DNA from: Zygnema circumcarinatum SAG 698-1b
Lineage: Eukaryota; Plantae; Zygnematophyceae
Direction: 5' to 3'
NCBI GenBank assembly: GCA_037447605.1
Contig: CM074816.1
Span: 1,578,525-1,642,524 of the forward strand
DNA: 64,000 nt
The notes under the pieces are model-generated. The model was not told the origin of the DNA. It did no database searches and saw only the letters and a list, made by a program, of their open reading frames with translations. Of this stretch, positions 1 through 12,917 are shown piece by piece (within the stretch, counting starts at the first letter, position 1; every line of letters starts with the position of its first letter). Position numbers and translations under genes: made by a program.

Positions 1-280
1 GAGGAGAGAGAGACTAGAGGAAAGAGCAAAGGAGAGAGAGAATGAGCAGAGGAGAAAGCAAAGGAGAGAGAGAGAGTGAGTAGAGGAGTGAGAGCAAAGG
101 AGAGAGAGACTAGAGGAGAGAGCACAGGAGAGAGCAAAGGAGAGAGAGAGAATGAGCAGAGGAGAGAGAGTAGAGGAGAGAAAGACTAGAGGAGAGAGAG
201 CAGAGGAGAGAGAGAGAGAGAAAGAGAGAGAGAGAAGAGAGAGCGAGCAAGCAAGCCAACCATTACATCATGACAGAGCT

Positions 281-679
281 TCACACCCACCAAAAGAAAA
301 AGGGATAAAAAGAGAATAAATTTTTTTGTGCCATCTCCCGAACACATTCCTTCTCGTGAATGTCTAAGCGCCTTTTCTCAGCATACCCAGTGGAAATGAC
401 GTGGTTGTGCTCTTCAACGACAGATTTTACAGCCCACATGTCCTTCTTCTTGGAAAACGTCGCCCTAATCTCGAAAGGGCAATTTTTCAAGCGGCTGGAA
501 GTATTCCTCTTCTTACTACTCTCTTCCAGACCTCTGTCCTCGTAGGTCCCCCCGCTAAAGCATTGCAGGTAGAGTCGGCGGCTATCGCTATGCTTGCCGA
601 TCTTGATGTGAAATCCTTCCTTCTTGTAGTGCTTGGTCAAGACTTGTACAAGCTCATCGCGAGTCTTATACTCAGTCAT
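281..679 (-). CDS. FAR1/Mutator-transposase-related DNA-binding domain exon (WRKY-GCM1-like fold); gene or element probably continues beyond the window start
   Basis: [47 protein letters not shown]...[34 protein letters not shown] has the C..G / CPFxI / W.V...EHNH pattern typical of FAR1/MULE N-terminal domains. The 3' end runs into T-rich, intron-like sequence; no donor site was resolved. Confidence 0.6.
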   Translation of the reverse strand: MTEYKTRDELVQVLTKHYKKEGFHIKIGKHSDSRRLYLQCFSGGTYEDRGLEESSKKRNTSSRLKNCPFEIRATFSKKKDMWAVKSVVEEHNHVISTGYAEKRRLDIHEKECVREMAQKNLFSFYPFFFWWV

Positions 680-699
680 TTGTGTGGAGATTGCAAACC

Positions 700-1600
700 G
701 AGAGGAAGAAGGGAAGGGAGAGGTGGGCAGGGGAGGGGAGGGGTGGGCAGGGGAGGGAGGGAGGGAGGAGCAGGGAGGAGGGAGGGAGGGTGGAGGCAGG
801 GGAGGGAGGGAGGGGTGGAGCAGGGGAGGGAGGGAGGGAGGGAGCAGGGGAGGAGGGAGGGAGGGGGGGAGGGGAGGGAGGGAGGTGGGCAGGGGAGGGG
901 AGGGAGGGAGGGGTGGGCAGGGGAGGGAGGAGGGAGGGAGGGCAGGGGAGGGGAGGGGAGGGTGGAGCAGGGGAGGGAGGGAGGGAGGGAGGGAGGAGGA
1001 GGGAGGGAGGGAGAGGGAGGGAGGAGGGAGGGAGGGAGGGAGGGAGGGAGGGAGGGAGGGAGGGAGGAGGAGGGAGGGAGGAGGGAGGAGGGAGGGAGGG
1101 AGGGAGGGAGGGAGGGGAGGGGAGGGAGGGGCGGGGTGGGCAGGGGAGGGGGGGAGGGAAGGGGAGGGGAGGGGAGGGTGCGCAGGGGAGGGAGGGAGGG
1201 GTGGGCAGGGGAGGGAGGGAGGGGTGCGCAGGGGAGGGGAGGGGAGGGGTGGGCAGGGGAGGGAGGGAGGGAGGGAGGGAGGGGAGGGAGGGAGGGGCGG
1301 GGTGGGCAGGGGAGGGGGGGCGAGAGGGGTGCGCAGGGGAGGGGAGGGGAGGGGTGGGCAGGAGGGGAGGGAGGGGTGCGCAGGGGAGGGGAGGGAGGGG
1401 TGGCAGGGGAGGGGAGGGGAGGGGAGGGGAGGGGAGGGGAGGGGAGGGAGGGGCGGGGTGGGCAGGGGAGGGGAGGGAGGGGAGGGGAGGGAGGGGTGGG
1501 CAGGGGAGGGGAGGGGAGGAGGGAGGAGGGAGGGAGGAGGAGGGGAGGGGAGGAGGAGGGAGGGAGGGCGGAGGAGGGGAGGGTAGAGGACGGGAGGGGC
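700..1600. repeat. G/A-rich low-complexity tract (GGGA/GGGGA/GGGCAGGGGA units)
   Basis: Directly visible; source of the spurious G/E/R-rich and P/S/L-rich ORFs in all frames. Confidence 0.95.
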
Positions 1601-1760
1601 GGGAAAGAAATATTCAAAACAGGGGGGCGATCTCCTCCCGAAATATCCAAAATGGGGGAGGGGGGCAGAATAGCCGAAATGCGAGGGTCGGATTTCAAAA
1701 AAACAGTGGCGGGATAACCAAGAAAAGGGGGGCGGTATATAGTTCTCCTCAAAATATTAC
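1590..1760 (-). mobile_element. Putative DNA-transposon subterminal region upstream of the FAR1-like exon, related to 45500-45790
   Basis: The reverse complement shares AGGAGAA, CCCC..TTTT.TTGGTTAT.CC, repeated CCCCC(T)GTTTTG(G/A)ATAT, TCGGGAGG and TTTCCCGCCCCTCCC with 45500-45690 (+). Both copies continue through a C-rich tract to CTCGGTTTGCA. Confidence 0.4.
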
Positions 1761-2807
1761 AAATTTATTGATTTGCAGCCTCTAAGCCAATTAAGATCTC
1801 TTGTAACCACGTGGCGGTCAACAATTCGTCAGAAAGAATCCACACGATTCTAAAGCAATCCTAAAAGTATTGGAAAATCTCGAGATTCTACAGATTGAGT
1901 TGATCCTCTTACCTCCGTACCGTAACAGCTTCTGAACTAACATTAACCCTGGCGGGACCGGCGGGTTGATCCTGGCACCTGGACCTCACCCGCCGTCCGT
2001 ACCAACCGCCCTCAGGTGGCGACAAACAAATTCGGTGGGCCTCCCTCCCTCCCAAAGGGAACTTGCGGCCTCCCGTGGCCCTGCATCCCTCCCTCCCTCT
2101 CGTTCGAGTATACGGTCTAGGGTTTAAGGGTTAAGGTTAAAGGATTAGGGTTTGAGGATTAAGGTTCAAGGATTAAGGTTCAAGGATTAAGGTTCAAGGA
2201 TTAGGGTTGAAGGATTAGGGTTTGCTGGGAGAGGGTTTAAGGTTGAGGGGTTTTGTAGCGGTATGGGTTCTCCCAGGAGCCATGCAAGCGCATCATGCAT
2301 GAGCAGGGAGGCATGGCGGTGTGCGTAGCCATTCATTTTTTAAAGCTCAATACTCTCTCTCTCTTTCTGGCTTACACTCTCTCTCTCTCTCTCTATCCCT
2401 TCCTCGGTTACTACACCAGTCTTCCTCCCTCTCGCCCTCCCCCTCCCTTCCCCACTCGCGCTCTTCCTCTCTCCCGTCCCTCACCCTCTCCCCCTCTTCT
2501 CTCCTCCTCCCTCTCGCTTTCCCTCTCACTTTCCTCCTCTCTCGCTCCCTCTCCCTCCCCCTCTCCACCCTCCCCTTTTTCCTCCCTTTTCCTCGTCCCT
2601 CTTCCTCTGCCCCTCCCATCTCCCCCTCCCTCTCCCTCTCTCTCCCTCTCCCTCTCCCCCTCTCTCCCTCTCCCTCTCCCTCTCTGTCCCTCTCCCCTTC
2701 TCTCTCTCTCTCCCGCTTCCTCCCTCTTCCTCTCTCTCCCTCTCTCCTTCTCTCTCCCTCTCCCGCTCCCTCCCTCTCCCTCTCTCTCCCTCTCCCTCCT
2801 CTCGTCC

Positions 2808-4780
2808 ATGGCTTCCAAATCCAAAGTTCCCCCTTCCCCTACCCAAAAGTCCGCCTGCTGCAGCCGCTACGTCAGCTCCACGTGGCTACTCCTCGCGCTG
2901 GCACTGCTGACGTGGCGCGAAGTCGATCGCGCTCTGGATCCGCCACGTGGCACTTCGGAGATTCCGGAAGCTTCTGAAAGCAAGCGGAGAAGTACGGCCC
3001 CGGAAACTTGGTGCGTGTGCGGTCACAAGTTTCAGTTTCAGTTTTCAGTATTCAGTATTCAGTTTGTAGGTCTCACAAATTTTCAGGGTTTAGGGTTTAA
3101 GGAATCGCATACATTTCGCATTTAGAGCTACAGGGTGTAAGTGCTAGTGGTTTCTCGGAACCCAGGGTTTAAGCTTCTGATGAGTGGAAGGCTTTTAGGG
3201 TTCAGTTTCAACTCTTGAAACTGAACTTGGGTCTTTTAATGCCTATAGAGTACTCAGAATTTTAGGGTTTCTGCGGGTTTTAGCATAGAAACCCTTTCAA
3301 GACCCTGAACCCCCTTCAAGTTTGAACCTCGAAAATCGGAGCGCGGAGGTGCAGGGTTCGAGACGAGAGCTGGAAGGACATTTTTGCCGGAATTCGCGGC
3401 CGCCCAAAATTCAATTTGTCGCATCCCATGGTGGCGGAATACGCGGCAGCGCTGACCGACATGATGAGTGCGTTTGGAAAAATTGAGGGAATCGAGGAAG
3501 GGATGGGCAGCGGGGGGATGGTTAACCAAGCCATGCTGCGAGCCATGGCGTCCAAGCCGCAGGTAAGGCTCGCTTCGTCTACTTTCCTTTAGTCAGTTTT
3601 TGGTAGTTTTTGGTCAAATGAAAGGTACAAGGGGGCGGAGGGCGGAGCAGTTCATGTCCTGTGCGGGGCACGTACGGATCGTGGACGGGACGGTGTACTT
3701 TCGGTACGGAGGGTTTGTCGCGACTTGGTACCGCCTCAGACGGTTCAACCAGAGCATCAAGATGCTGCAGGTGGGAGAGGGGGGAAAGGGGGGAGGGAGG
3801 GAGGGGGGGAGAGGGGGGGAAGGAGGGGGGCAAGGGGGGAGGGAGGGAGGGGGGAGAGGGGGGAAGGGGAGGGAGGGAGGGGGGGAGGGAAGGGGCAGGA
3901 GGGGGGAAAGGGGGGAAAACAAGGGGCGGGAGGGAGGGAGGGAGGGAGGAGAGGGAGGAGGGAGGGGGGAAGGAGGGAGGGGGGAAGGAGGGAGGGACGG
4001 TGGGGAGGGAGGGGTGGAGGGAGGAGAGAGGAGAGGGAGGGGGGAAGGAGGGAGGGAGAGGGAGGGAGGGAGGGAGGGAGGGAGAAATGGGGGATGGAGG
4101 AGGAGAGGGCGGAGGGAGGGGGGAACGAGGGAGGGAGGGGAGAAAGAAGGAGGAGAGAGAGAGCAGGAGGGCAGGGAGGGGAGGGGAGGGAGGGGGTCAG
4201 GGGAAGTGTTAGAGTGAGGATGTGTGGGAGGAAGGGGAGGAAGAGAGAGAGGGAGAGGGAGGGCGAGAGGGAGGCAGTCGAGTGGAGTTAGGGAGGAGAG
4301 AAGCGAGGGATGTAACAGAGAAGTGGGCTGGATAGAGGACAGTCAATGTAGCCGATGGGGCTGAGTGTAGGAGAGACACTTTGTAGCGGCTCAGACCTTG
4401 GAAGGGAGGGAGGGCAGAGAGAGGAGGGACAAGTAAATCAACTAAATTCCAAACCTCACATCCTCACATCCTCACATCCATCATCCATTCACATTTCATG
4501 TTCCATGCACCCTCTTTTCCGTAATCCGTACTCCAAACTCAGTTCCAGTTGTTCGGTTTCAGGACGCCGTGAACTGGTACGGCCTCCACGACCTAAAAGT
4601 GGAATTTTTTTTCAATACTTGCGATTTGCCGATGAGCTTCGACAACATTCTTTCTCGGTCAAACCGAGCCGGCTATTGCGTGTTCTCCACGCAAGCGGCT
4701 ACCGGCACCACTGACATCATTGTGCCGGACCCCCTCGACCTCGCGCCGGATTACATGCCGGACACCAAGAATCAGGTACG

Positions 4781-4813
<33 letters not shown>

Positions 4814-5413
4814 CAGTTGAACATGGATATATATACATGGTAGACAATGGAAAAGTTTTCAAAAAAAGAAAAAAATAAACCAAGATGTTGAACATGGATG
4901 TATATATATGGTAGAAAATGGAAAAAGTGTCAAAAAAGGAAAAAAATACACCAACATGTTGAACATGGATATATATATGGTAGAAAACGAAAAAGGTGTC
5001 AAAAAAGGTAACGATGAGTGAGGGGTTATGAAAGGGGTTACTTTGTGTTTTCTTTTGATTTAAAGGGACGACAAGTTTTTGGAATTTAATGCACTGGCCA
5101 AGTGTAAGTTCTGCCTCTCCCTCTCCGGTCGGTCTCGGTCGTGACGACTCGTGACGCTAGGTTCACGTTTTAGGGTTGTTGGAACTAAGCGCTCGATTGT
5201 CAGCCTAACCAGTTCTATGCTTTGAAAGGTTTAGTTTTTCAGTTCTCCGTTGCATGAGTCGTACTGAAACTGAGGTCCGTTCCGCCGGCAGGTTCCATGG
5301 GACCAAAAAAAAGACCTCGCGATTTTTCGCGGAGCGTCGACGAATTACGACCTGAGAGAGTACACGTGGCGGGCCAGCCCGCGCCTGCGCCTGCACAGGT
5401 GCTGAGGGGGAGG

Positions 5414-5469
<56 letters not shown>

Positions 5470-6291
5470 TAGAGAGAGAGAGAGGGGGAGAGAGAGAGAG
5501 AGAGAGAGGAGGGGGGAGGGAGAGAAGGGGAGAGGGGGAGAGAGGGTGGAGAGAGGGGGATGGGAGAGAGAGAGAGAGGGAGGAGGGGGGGGAGAGAAGG
5601 GGAGAGGGGGAGAGAGGGTGGAGAGAGGGGGATGGGAGGGAGAGAGAGGGAAGAGGGGGGGGAGAGAAGGGGAGAGGGGGAGAGAGGGTGGAGCAAGGGG
5701 GATGGGAGAGAGAGAGAGAGGGAGGAAAGGGGGAGGGAGAGAAAGGGAGAGGGGGAGAGAGGGCGGAGAGGGGGATGGGAGAGAGATTCTGGCTTGCACA
5801 TGGACTTCCCAAAAACGATCCTTTTTCTTTTTTTGCTTATTTTTTTTTTGTGGGGTTATGTTTGCTACCTATGTTTAAATTTTTTGGATTATTTGTTAGT
5901 GCAGAATGTCGGAATTAATGCCTGATTTGGTGGACGCGAAGGTGATGAAGTGGAGTCACATTAGTGAAGACGAATTGGACCTGTGAGTGCGCGCAACTGG
6001 TGGAGGCAGTGCACGCAGGGAGTGGGAGGGAGTGAGAGAGGGGGGAGAGGGAAAGGGAGAGAGGAAGATGGGGAGAGTGAGATTGGGAGAGAGGAGGGAG
6101 GGAGACTGAGATGGAGAGGAAGGGAGAGAGGGTAGAAGCGGTGAGGGGGGATGGGGGAGCGGAGTGAGGGGAGGGGAGACGGCTCGAGAGAGAGAGAGTG
6201 AGAGAGAGGAGGGAGGGAGACTGAGATGGAGAGGAAGGGAGAGAGGGTAGAGGCGGTGAGGGGGGAGGGGGGAAGCGGAGTGAGGAAAGGG

Positions 6292-6322
<31 letters not shown>

Positions 6323-7856
6323 TGAGGGAGAGAGAAAGAGATGAATCTAAAACAGAGTGAGAGGAGTGAGAGGTGTCCTTACGAGTTGGTAGTCACTCGT
6401 AGTTGGTAGTTGGTAGTTTTTTTTTAATTCTCTATTTCACTATTCTATTCATCCTAAGTTTTTTACTTCTTGTTTCGTCGCAATTCCAGAATCGACGCGG
6501 ACGGACTTAAGCTCGGGAAGCGAATAAATCACAAACAAAAAAATTATTTCAAATATGAAATTGCGGTCGATGGAGGGGTGGGGACCTGCCGCACGTGCGG
6601 GCTGCTCGCCAGCAACATGGTGACGTCATGCTCTAGGCTTTAGGGTTTAAGGGTTTGTGCTGAAACCGTAGAGTCATATTAAGTTAATCAAATGAAAAAT
6701 TGGAAACCCTGAAAGCCCTAAAAAGACCCTCAAAAATCCCTATCAACCCAATAAAAAAAAAACCCTTAAGAAAACCCCCATCTTAATTAACTTCACATTA
6801 CCTTCTATTTCCTTTACTTTTGTTCTATCCATATTTCCTTACCTCTTTCTTTGCTTTTTTTTTTTTTCTGCATTTTTTTCCAGTTAATGGTCCGGCAAGC
6901 GTCCGGTTTTCAGCAGTTTTTCGAGCCCCTTTTGAAAGAGGGCGCGCACTACCTCCGCTCCGCGCACCACTTTCAGGACTTGCCGCACACCATAGACTGG
7001 GCGCGCAGAAACGACAAAAAAGTCAAAAAAATGATTGAAAATGCAAACGACATTGCAAAGTGAGAAACGTTTTTTTCACCGAGTCGAAAAACTAGGAGTT
7101 ACATTTCTAGGGGTCCTTCTTATACCATGCATGTAGAATTTAGGTTTTGTTTATGCCATCGTTTTATTCTGATCCATTCCTTTCACTCTCGCTCCCTCCC
7201 TCCCTCCCTCCCTCCCCCTCCTCTCTCTCTTCCCCCTCCCTTCTTTCCCCCTCCCTCCCTGTCTCCCTCCCTCAACCTCCTCCCTCCTCCTCTCTCCTCC
7301 CACCCTCCCTCCCTCCCTCCCTTTCTCCCTCCCTCCCACCCTCCCTCCCCCTCCTCTCTTCTTTCCCCTCTCCCTCCCTGCTTCCCCCCTTCCCCTCCCT
7401 CCCTCCCTCCCCCTCCTCTCTCCTTTCCCCCCTCCCTCCCTCCTTTCCCCTCTCCCTCCNNNNNNNNNNCCCCCTCCCCCCCTTCCTTCCCTCTCTCCCT
7501 TCCCCCCCCCCCCTCCCTCCCTCCCTCCCTCCCTCAGTTGGGCCTGCACGTGGGAGGGCCGCACCCTCTATTGGGCCATCGCTTTGGCGAAGTATGCCGA
7601 AATCGTTTTAGACAAATCCGTCGTCGTCGAAAAGCCCTCCTCTCTCTGCGGCGGAGAGGACCAAGAAGCAGTTTTGGACGTGTACCGCGGGTACAAAAAA
7701 GTCCCAAAATGTGGCGATGCGGACGAGGACAATTACCAGCCGAAGTGTGTGCATTGGTGCACATTTTATCCGAATCCGGAGGAGAAGTGGAAGTGGTTGT
7801 CTTCCGACGTGTTGAAAAAAATGCAGCGGTTGGGGCCACGGCAAAGAAAACATTAA
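2808..7856 (+). CDS. Glycosyltransferase family 90 (CAP10/POGLUT/KDELC-like), type II membrane, ~517 aa, 9 exons
   Basis: Exons 2808-3010, 3355-3562, 3651-3770, 4563-4775, 5292-5398, 5905-5982, 6490-6619, 6884-7059, 7538-7856; all GT-AG and phase-consistent (the exon 3 acceptor is the least certain). N-terminal TM segment (WLLLALALLTW). GT90-like motifs: VEFFFNTCDLP, VPWDQKKDLAIFRG, PRLRLH, PDLVDA, FKYEIAVDG, FFEPLLKEGAHY, DLPHTIDWARRND. Confidence 0.85.
4816..5008 (+). repeat. 71-bp AT-rich tandem repeat (x~2.7) following a poly(A) tract in GT90 intron 4
   Basis: GTTGAACATGGAT recurs at 4816, 4887 and 4958; a ~30-nt A run (4782-4812) follows the donor. Confidence 0.9.
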
Positions 7857-8437
7857 GATTAAAAAATTGCAGATTTATTCATTTAGGGAGGTCGGGGATT
7901 TAGGGAGTTTAAAGGCTGGGGATGGGATGGAGATTTTTATTTTCGTTGTCATTTGATGATCGAGAAGTGTTCATATTCATTCATATTTGTAGGATTCCTT
8001 TTTTTATTCTTTTTTTTTTTCAAGTATGGGTCGGGAGGGGTAAGTCGTAGTGTGCAGTTGTTGATACTTAGCAGATTTTTGGAACTCGGTTCTACGCTGT
8101 TCAGTTGTAGTCTCCGTAGACGTGAACGCATCGAACACTCTTTTTTGATAGGGAATTGTTTGGGCCGCACGAGGGCCCAAAATCAAACTTTGTACACCAT
8201 TCAATGTTCACATGTCCAAAGTCCACTATCAGGCTGTCAGTTGACTGGTCGGTCCGTTCGTCGATTTCTGTCAATTCACGACCGATCTTAGCCTTCCAGA
8301 ATGACTAACTACTTCCGGTGGGGACTAGCAGGTTCTTGGGGTTTTGGGTTCTTAAAACACAATGCACATAAGCTCAAAAAAGATATTGAGCTTTTTTACC
8401 TTAATTGTTTCTATGTACATTTCACTGGCCATCCCCA

Positions 8438-9384
8438 TCACCCCTCCCTTCCTCCCTCCCTCCTTCCCTCCCTCCCTCCCTCCCTCCCTCCTTCCTTCCC
8501 TCTCTTCCTCCCTCCCTCCTTCCTTCCCTCTCTTCCTCCCTCCCTCCTTCCTTCCCTCTCTTCCTCCCTCCCTCCTTCCTTCCTTTTCTCCCTCCCTCCC
8601 TCCTTCCCTCCTTTCAGTTCCGTCCAAGCCCCGCCCGGCCCCCCCTCGCGGGTCCGTCTCTTGGCCTTGGCCTGCTGCAGGTTGAACTTCTCCTTCCCCT
8701 TCTCGAGGAGGGGGTCCACCACTTCGTACTGCGAGGGGTCCTCATTGCGCGCCATATCGTCCTGAAGAAAGGAAGGAAAGAAGAGGAACAGGAAGATTGG
8801 AAACCCTAAAAAGCTAGAAAGTCTATAATCCCTAAAAACCTTAGAAACCCTAAACCCTAGAAACCCTAGAAACCCTAGAAAACCTAGAAACCCTAGAAGC
8901 CTAGAAGCCTTGAAGCCCTAAAACCCTAGAAACCCGAGAAAACCTAGATACGCTAGGCAGAAGGCCTACTACTCTAGAAACCCAGTTTCTAGTTATTTTT
9001 TTAGTGCGTTTTTGCCTCTTGGTGCTTCTATGAACGAAAAAAAAACCCATTCACTCACCTTCTTGTTGGGATCCACCACAAACTTGAGCTTATGGTTGAA
9101 CCAGTGCTTATCCTCCTCTCCCTCTCCCTCTCCCTCTCTCTCCGTCACCCCTTTCGCAGCTCTCTTGCTCTCCTGCAGCTTCTTCTTGAACTTCTCCAAC
9201 ATCTCCAACGTCTGCACTCTCACATCCGCTCTCTGTCAAATTCAGCTTTGGGAGAGCGAGCGAGGGAGCGAGAGGGGGAGAGAGAGAGAAAGAGAAAGCC
9301 CTTCCCAAACAAGGATCAACACTCTTCAAAACATACACAGACATACATACACAAACATACATCTACACAGCCGGAGACTGAAAA

Positions 9385-9419
<35 letters not shown>

Positions 9420-11565
9420 ATGAGTGCGTGAGGGAGAGTGAGAGAGGGAGAAAGAGAGAGAGAGAGAGAGAGACAAATCCCTCACATTTNNNNNNNNNNG
9501 AAACAGAACAGAGACGGGAACGGAACGGAACAGCAAAACGGCAACGGAAGATAACGGAGCGGGAACAAAAACGGAAACGGAACAGAACGGGAACGGAACG
9601 GAACAGCATAGGATGGCAACGGAAGATAACGGAAACGGAACAGAAACGGAAACTGAACGGCACGGAACGCACCCGTCGTCACTGTCATCATCGTCGTCGT
9701 CGATGTCACGTCGCTTCTCCGCATCTCCTCGTGGTTTCTCCTCGTCCACTGTTGTCTCAACCGGCCCTAAACCCAAAAAAGAAAAATACATAAACAACAA
9801 AAAAAAAGGAAAACTTAAAGAGGGCGACAATGCGTTAAAAGTGCAGTTCCGCTTAGGTTTCCACGACGCTCTCTCTCTCTCTCTCTCTCCCCCTGCTCCT
9901 GCTTCCCTCCCACTCCCACTCTCCCTCTCTCCCTCCCCTTCCCACTCCATCTCCCACTCTTTTCCTCTCCACTCCGGCCTCCTCTCCCACCGCTCCCTCC
10001 CTTCTTCCCCTCCCACTCCCTCTCTCCCTCCCTCCCTCTCCACTCCATTCCACTCCCATTTCACCCATTTCAAAATAACTTATCAAACTGCAACTTTTTT
10101 CCTTTTTTTAGGTTTCCAAAGTTTCTCACTTTTCGCCGCCTTCGCGGGTTTGCTTGCCGGCCCATCTCCCATCTGTTTCCTTTTTTCCATAATTTTTTGC
10201 CTCATTTTCGCATCAAAATCTGCCTCATCGCCACCGTCTATTTCGTCCTCCTCTTCGCCCCCTCCCCCTTCATCGCTCTCTCCTCCAATTTTTTGTCCTC
10301 CAGAAATTTTCCGGGCAGCCTCTGCCGACTGCTCGTTTTTCTTCTCTCTACTTTCCTCCCCTTCAGAATTTTTCTTTTTGCTGCCCAGCGCAGTTCTGAC
10401 CGACTCTTTCAGCTCTTGCCGCCGCTTCAACTCCGCACGGTCCTGCCCAAAAGAAAAAAAAAAAAAAAAAAAAAAAAAANNNNNNNNNNNNNNNNNNNNA
10501 GGGTGAGAGGGGAGGGGGGAGGGGGGGGAGAGTGAGAATGGAATTCGAGAGAGGGAGAGAAGAGGAGATTAGAAAAGGGAGGGGAGTGGAGAAAGGAGTG
10601 GGACGGTGGGTTAAGCGAGACAGAGAAAGTGGGGAGAGAGAGTGCGCGAGAAAGAGACGAGAGACGAGAGAGATGCAGAGAAAGAGAGGAGAGCGAAGAC
10701 GAGAGAGGATCGGGAGAGAGGAGAAAGAGAGAGCGAGAGAGTGGGAGAGAGAGACAGATTAACCTCCTCTTATTCTCTTTTCGTTCTAATTTTTTTTTTT
10801 ACCCTTCCCCCATTTTGCCAATTTTAATTTCAGTTGTGGCCCTCACTTTTCTGCCTTCTGTTTGGGCTCCGCCGCTTTCCTCTCCCTCTCCTCCTCTCTT
10901 TCTCTCTTCTCTGCAGTGGCAGTTGAGATCATATCATCAAAAGGGTTCCATAAAACCTGCAAAAAAGAGTATATGAGAACAAGATAACACGGTGAATCGT
11001 TTTGCTTTCCATGTCCAATTTCTCTCTCTCCCCCACTCTCTCTCTCTCTCTCCCTCTTCCCCCCCAGTCAGGCCAACTCTTTAATGAAATAATCTTTTGT
11101 TGAGTGAAGATAAAGTCACCCATCAGACAGTAAGGAAGCTTTTCATAAGCAGATGAGCAGAGGGAGAAAAAGAGAGAGGGGGGAGAGAGAAGGACAGAGG
11201 GAGAGAAGGCGAGAGAGATGAAAGTTCTCTTTTTTCGTATTTTTTGCATATTTACCTCCACTGAATAAATTTTTGGCGGGTCCAATGGGCGGTCATCTTT
11301 GTCTATTTCGACCTCTCCCAACTTCATTGCATTGTAGATAGTGTCTCCTGTCACCTGCCGCAGCCAGAGGGAGAGGGAGAGAGTGGAGGGAGAGGGAGAG
11401 GGAGGGAGAGAGAGAGGGGGCGAGAGAGAGATGGAGGCGATAGAGAGTGAGAGTGAGGAAGGGGGAAAAGAGTGGGGGAGAGAAAAAGGTAGTGAGAGAG
11501 AGATGGTTGGGGAAGGAGGGAAAAGAGAGAGAAAGAGATAGAGAGAGAGAGAGCGAGAGAGAGAG

Positions 11566-11601
<36 letters not shown>

Positions 11602-12908
11602 AGAGAGGAGTGAGAGAGATGAGGGGAGGGGCCGCAAAAGCCACAGGAAGATCAAGATTGAACCTCGGATATTTCATTAAGTCTTTCAAGCTCACACATA
11701 GAAGTACATAGACATAGACTAAACTTACAGAGTGTGTGTGAGAGAGAGAGAGAGAGAGAGCTAAATTGTCTTCAACTCACTTTCCCAAAGATTGTGTTTT
11801 TTTTGTCGAGCCAATCGGCTTTGTCGAGAGTGATAAAAAACTGCGAATTGTTCGAATTTGGCGTTCCGGCATTTGCGCATGCAAGCAGACCGCGGTGGTT
11901 GAACTTGAGCCGCGAGTGAATCTCGTCAGGAAAAAGTTCGCCATAAATCGATTTGCCACCTGCAAGCGAAAAATCGAACATTCTCACAACCCTAAATTTC
12001 TCTCTCATCGCTTTCACAACTTTTACCCCTAACCCTACATCCGACAACGACCCCTAAATTTAAAAAAAAAAAAAACCCTAAAAGCACCCTAAAATCCCAA
12101 AAAACGTCTGAAAATCCCAAGAACTGTAACGTTATGAAACCCTAAAATCCTTCCAAAAGAACTGCAAATGAATGGACATTGTTCAAATTTCGAGCGAGAT
12201 GACTGCGATTAGGGTTCAGGGAGGCAAAAGGGTCACCCTTCCCAGTTCCGGTGGGGTCCCCTCCCTGAGCCATGAAGCCCTTTATGATGCGATGGAAGAT
12301 GGAGCCATCGTAGTAACCATCCAGACATAACTGCACAAAGTTCCGAACCTGCAAATACAAATACTGAAATGTGTTATCACTGCAGTCACTCATCTACAGA
12401 ACAGTGTGGACAGAGTCTGCAGCAACGTCTACAACATGTACAAAACGATGCATAGAAAAATGTGTGGAACAATATCTAGACTTGGTTGGACTACTTTTGT
12501 TGAGTTTGGGTTTTTAGGGTTTAGGGTTTAGGGTTTAGGGTTTAGGGTTTTCAAGCTTGTGGGGTCTGGTAGAGTCTGTAAAGCCTGAAATCGGGCACCG
12601 ATTGCCCATTTAACTGCGAGATGAGTCAAACTATTGCTCAACTTCAGACCTAAATTTGCTAAAAGTTTCATGTTCTGAACCTCCCATCTGAATCTTCTTC
12701 CCAGAATTGTTTGAACTGGTTAAATGTGTTATCTTCCAGTTTTCCTTGACTTTATGAAGTTGTTGACTTTATGAAGTAGTTGATTTTATCGAGGACCGAC
12801 CGCCTTGGGCGCCTCTTTGGGCCAAAGTTCGATGTCGATGTCGCCCGCGGAAGTGGAGAGGACCACCTTCCCACGTGTGGGCGGCTCCAACACGTACACG
12901 CTCGACAT
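8438..12908 (-). CDS. CWC27: Cyclophilin-type PPIase, spliceosomal CWC27/SDCCAG10 (plant CYP57) orthologue; model incomplete at N gaps
   Basis: Exons 12908-12801 ([36 protein letters not shown]), 12348-12237 ([32 protein letters not shown]), 11959-11781 ([36 protein letters not shown]), 11354-11256 (VTGDTIYN), ~10956 (VLWNPFDD), ~10444-10090 ([18 protein letters not shown]), ~9240-9060 ([16 protein letters not shown]), ~8760 onward ([16 protein letters not shown]). The KxLxLLSFGEEA exon is missing and probably lies in the 10480-10499 gap. The stop position is uncertain. Confidence 0.92.
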
Positions 12909-12917
12909 GGGGAGACC

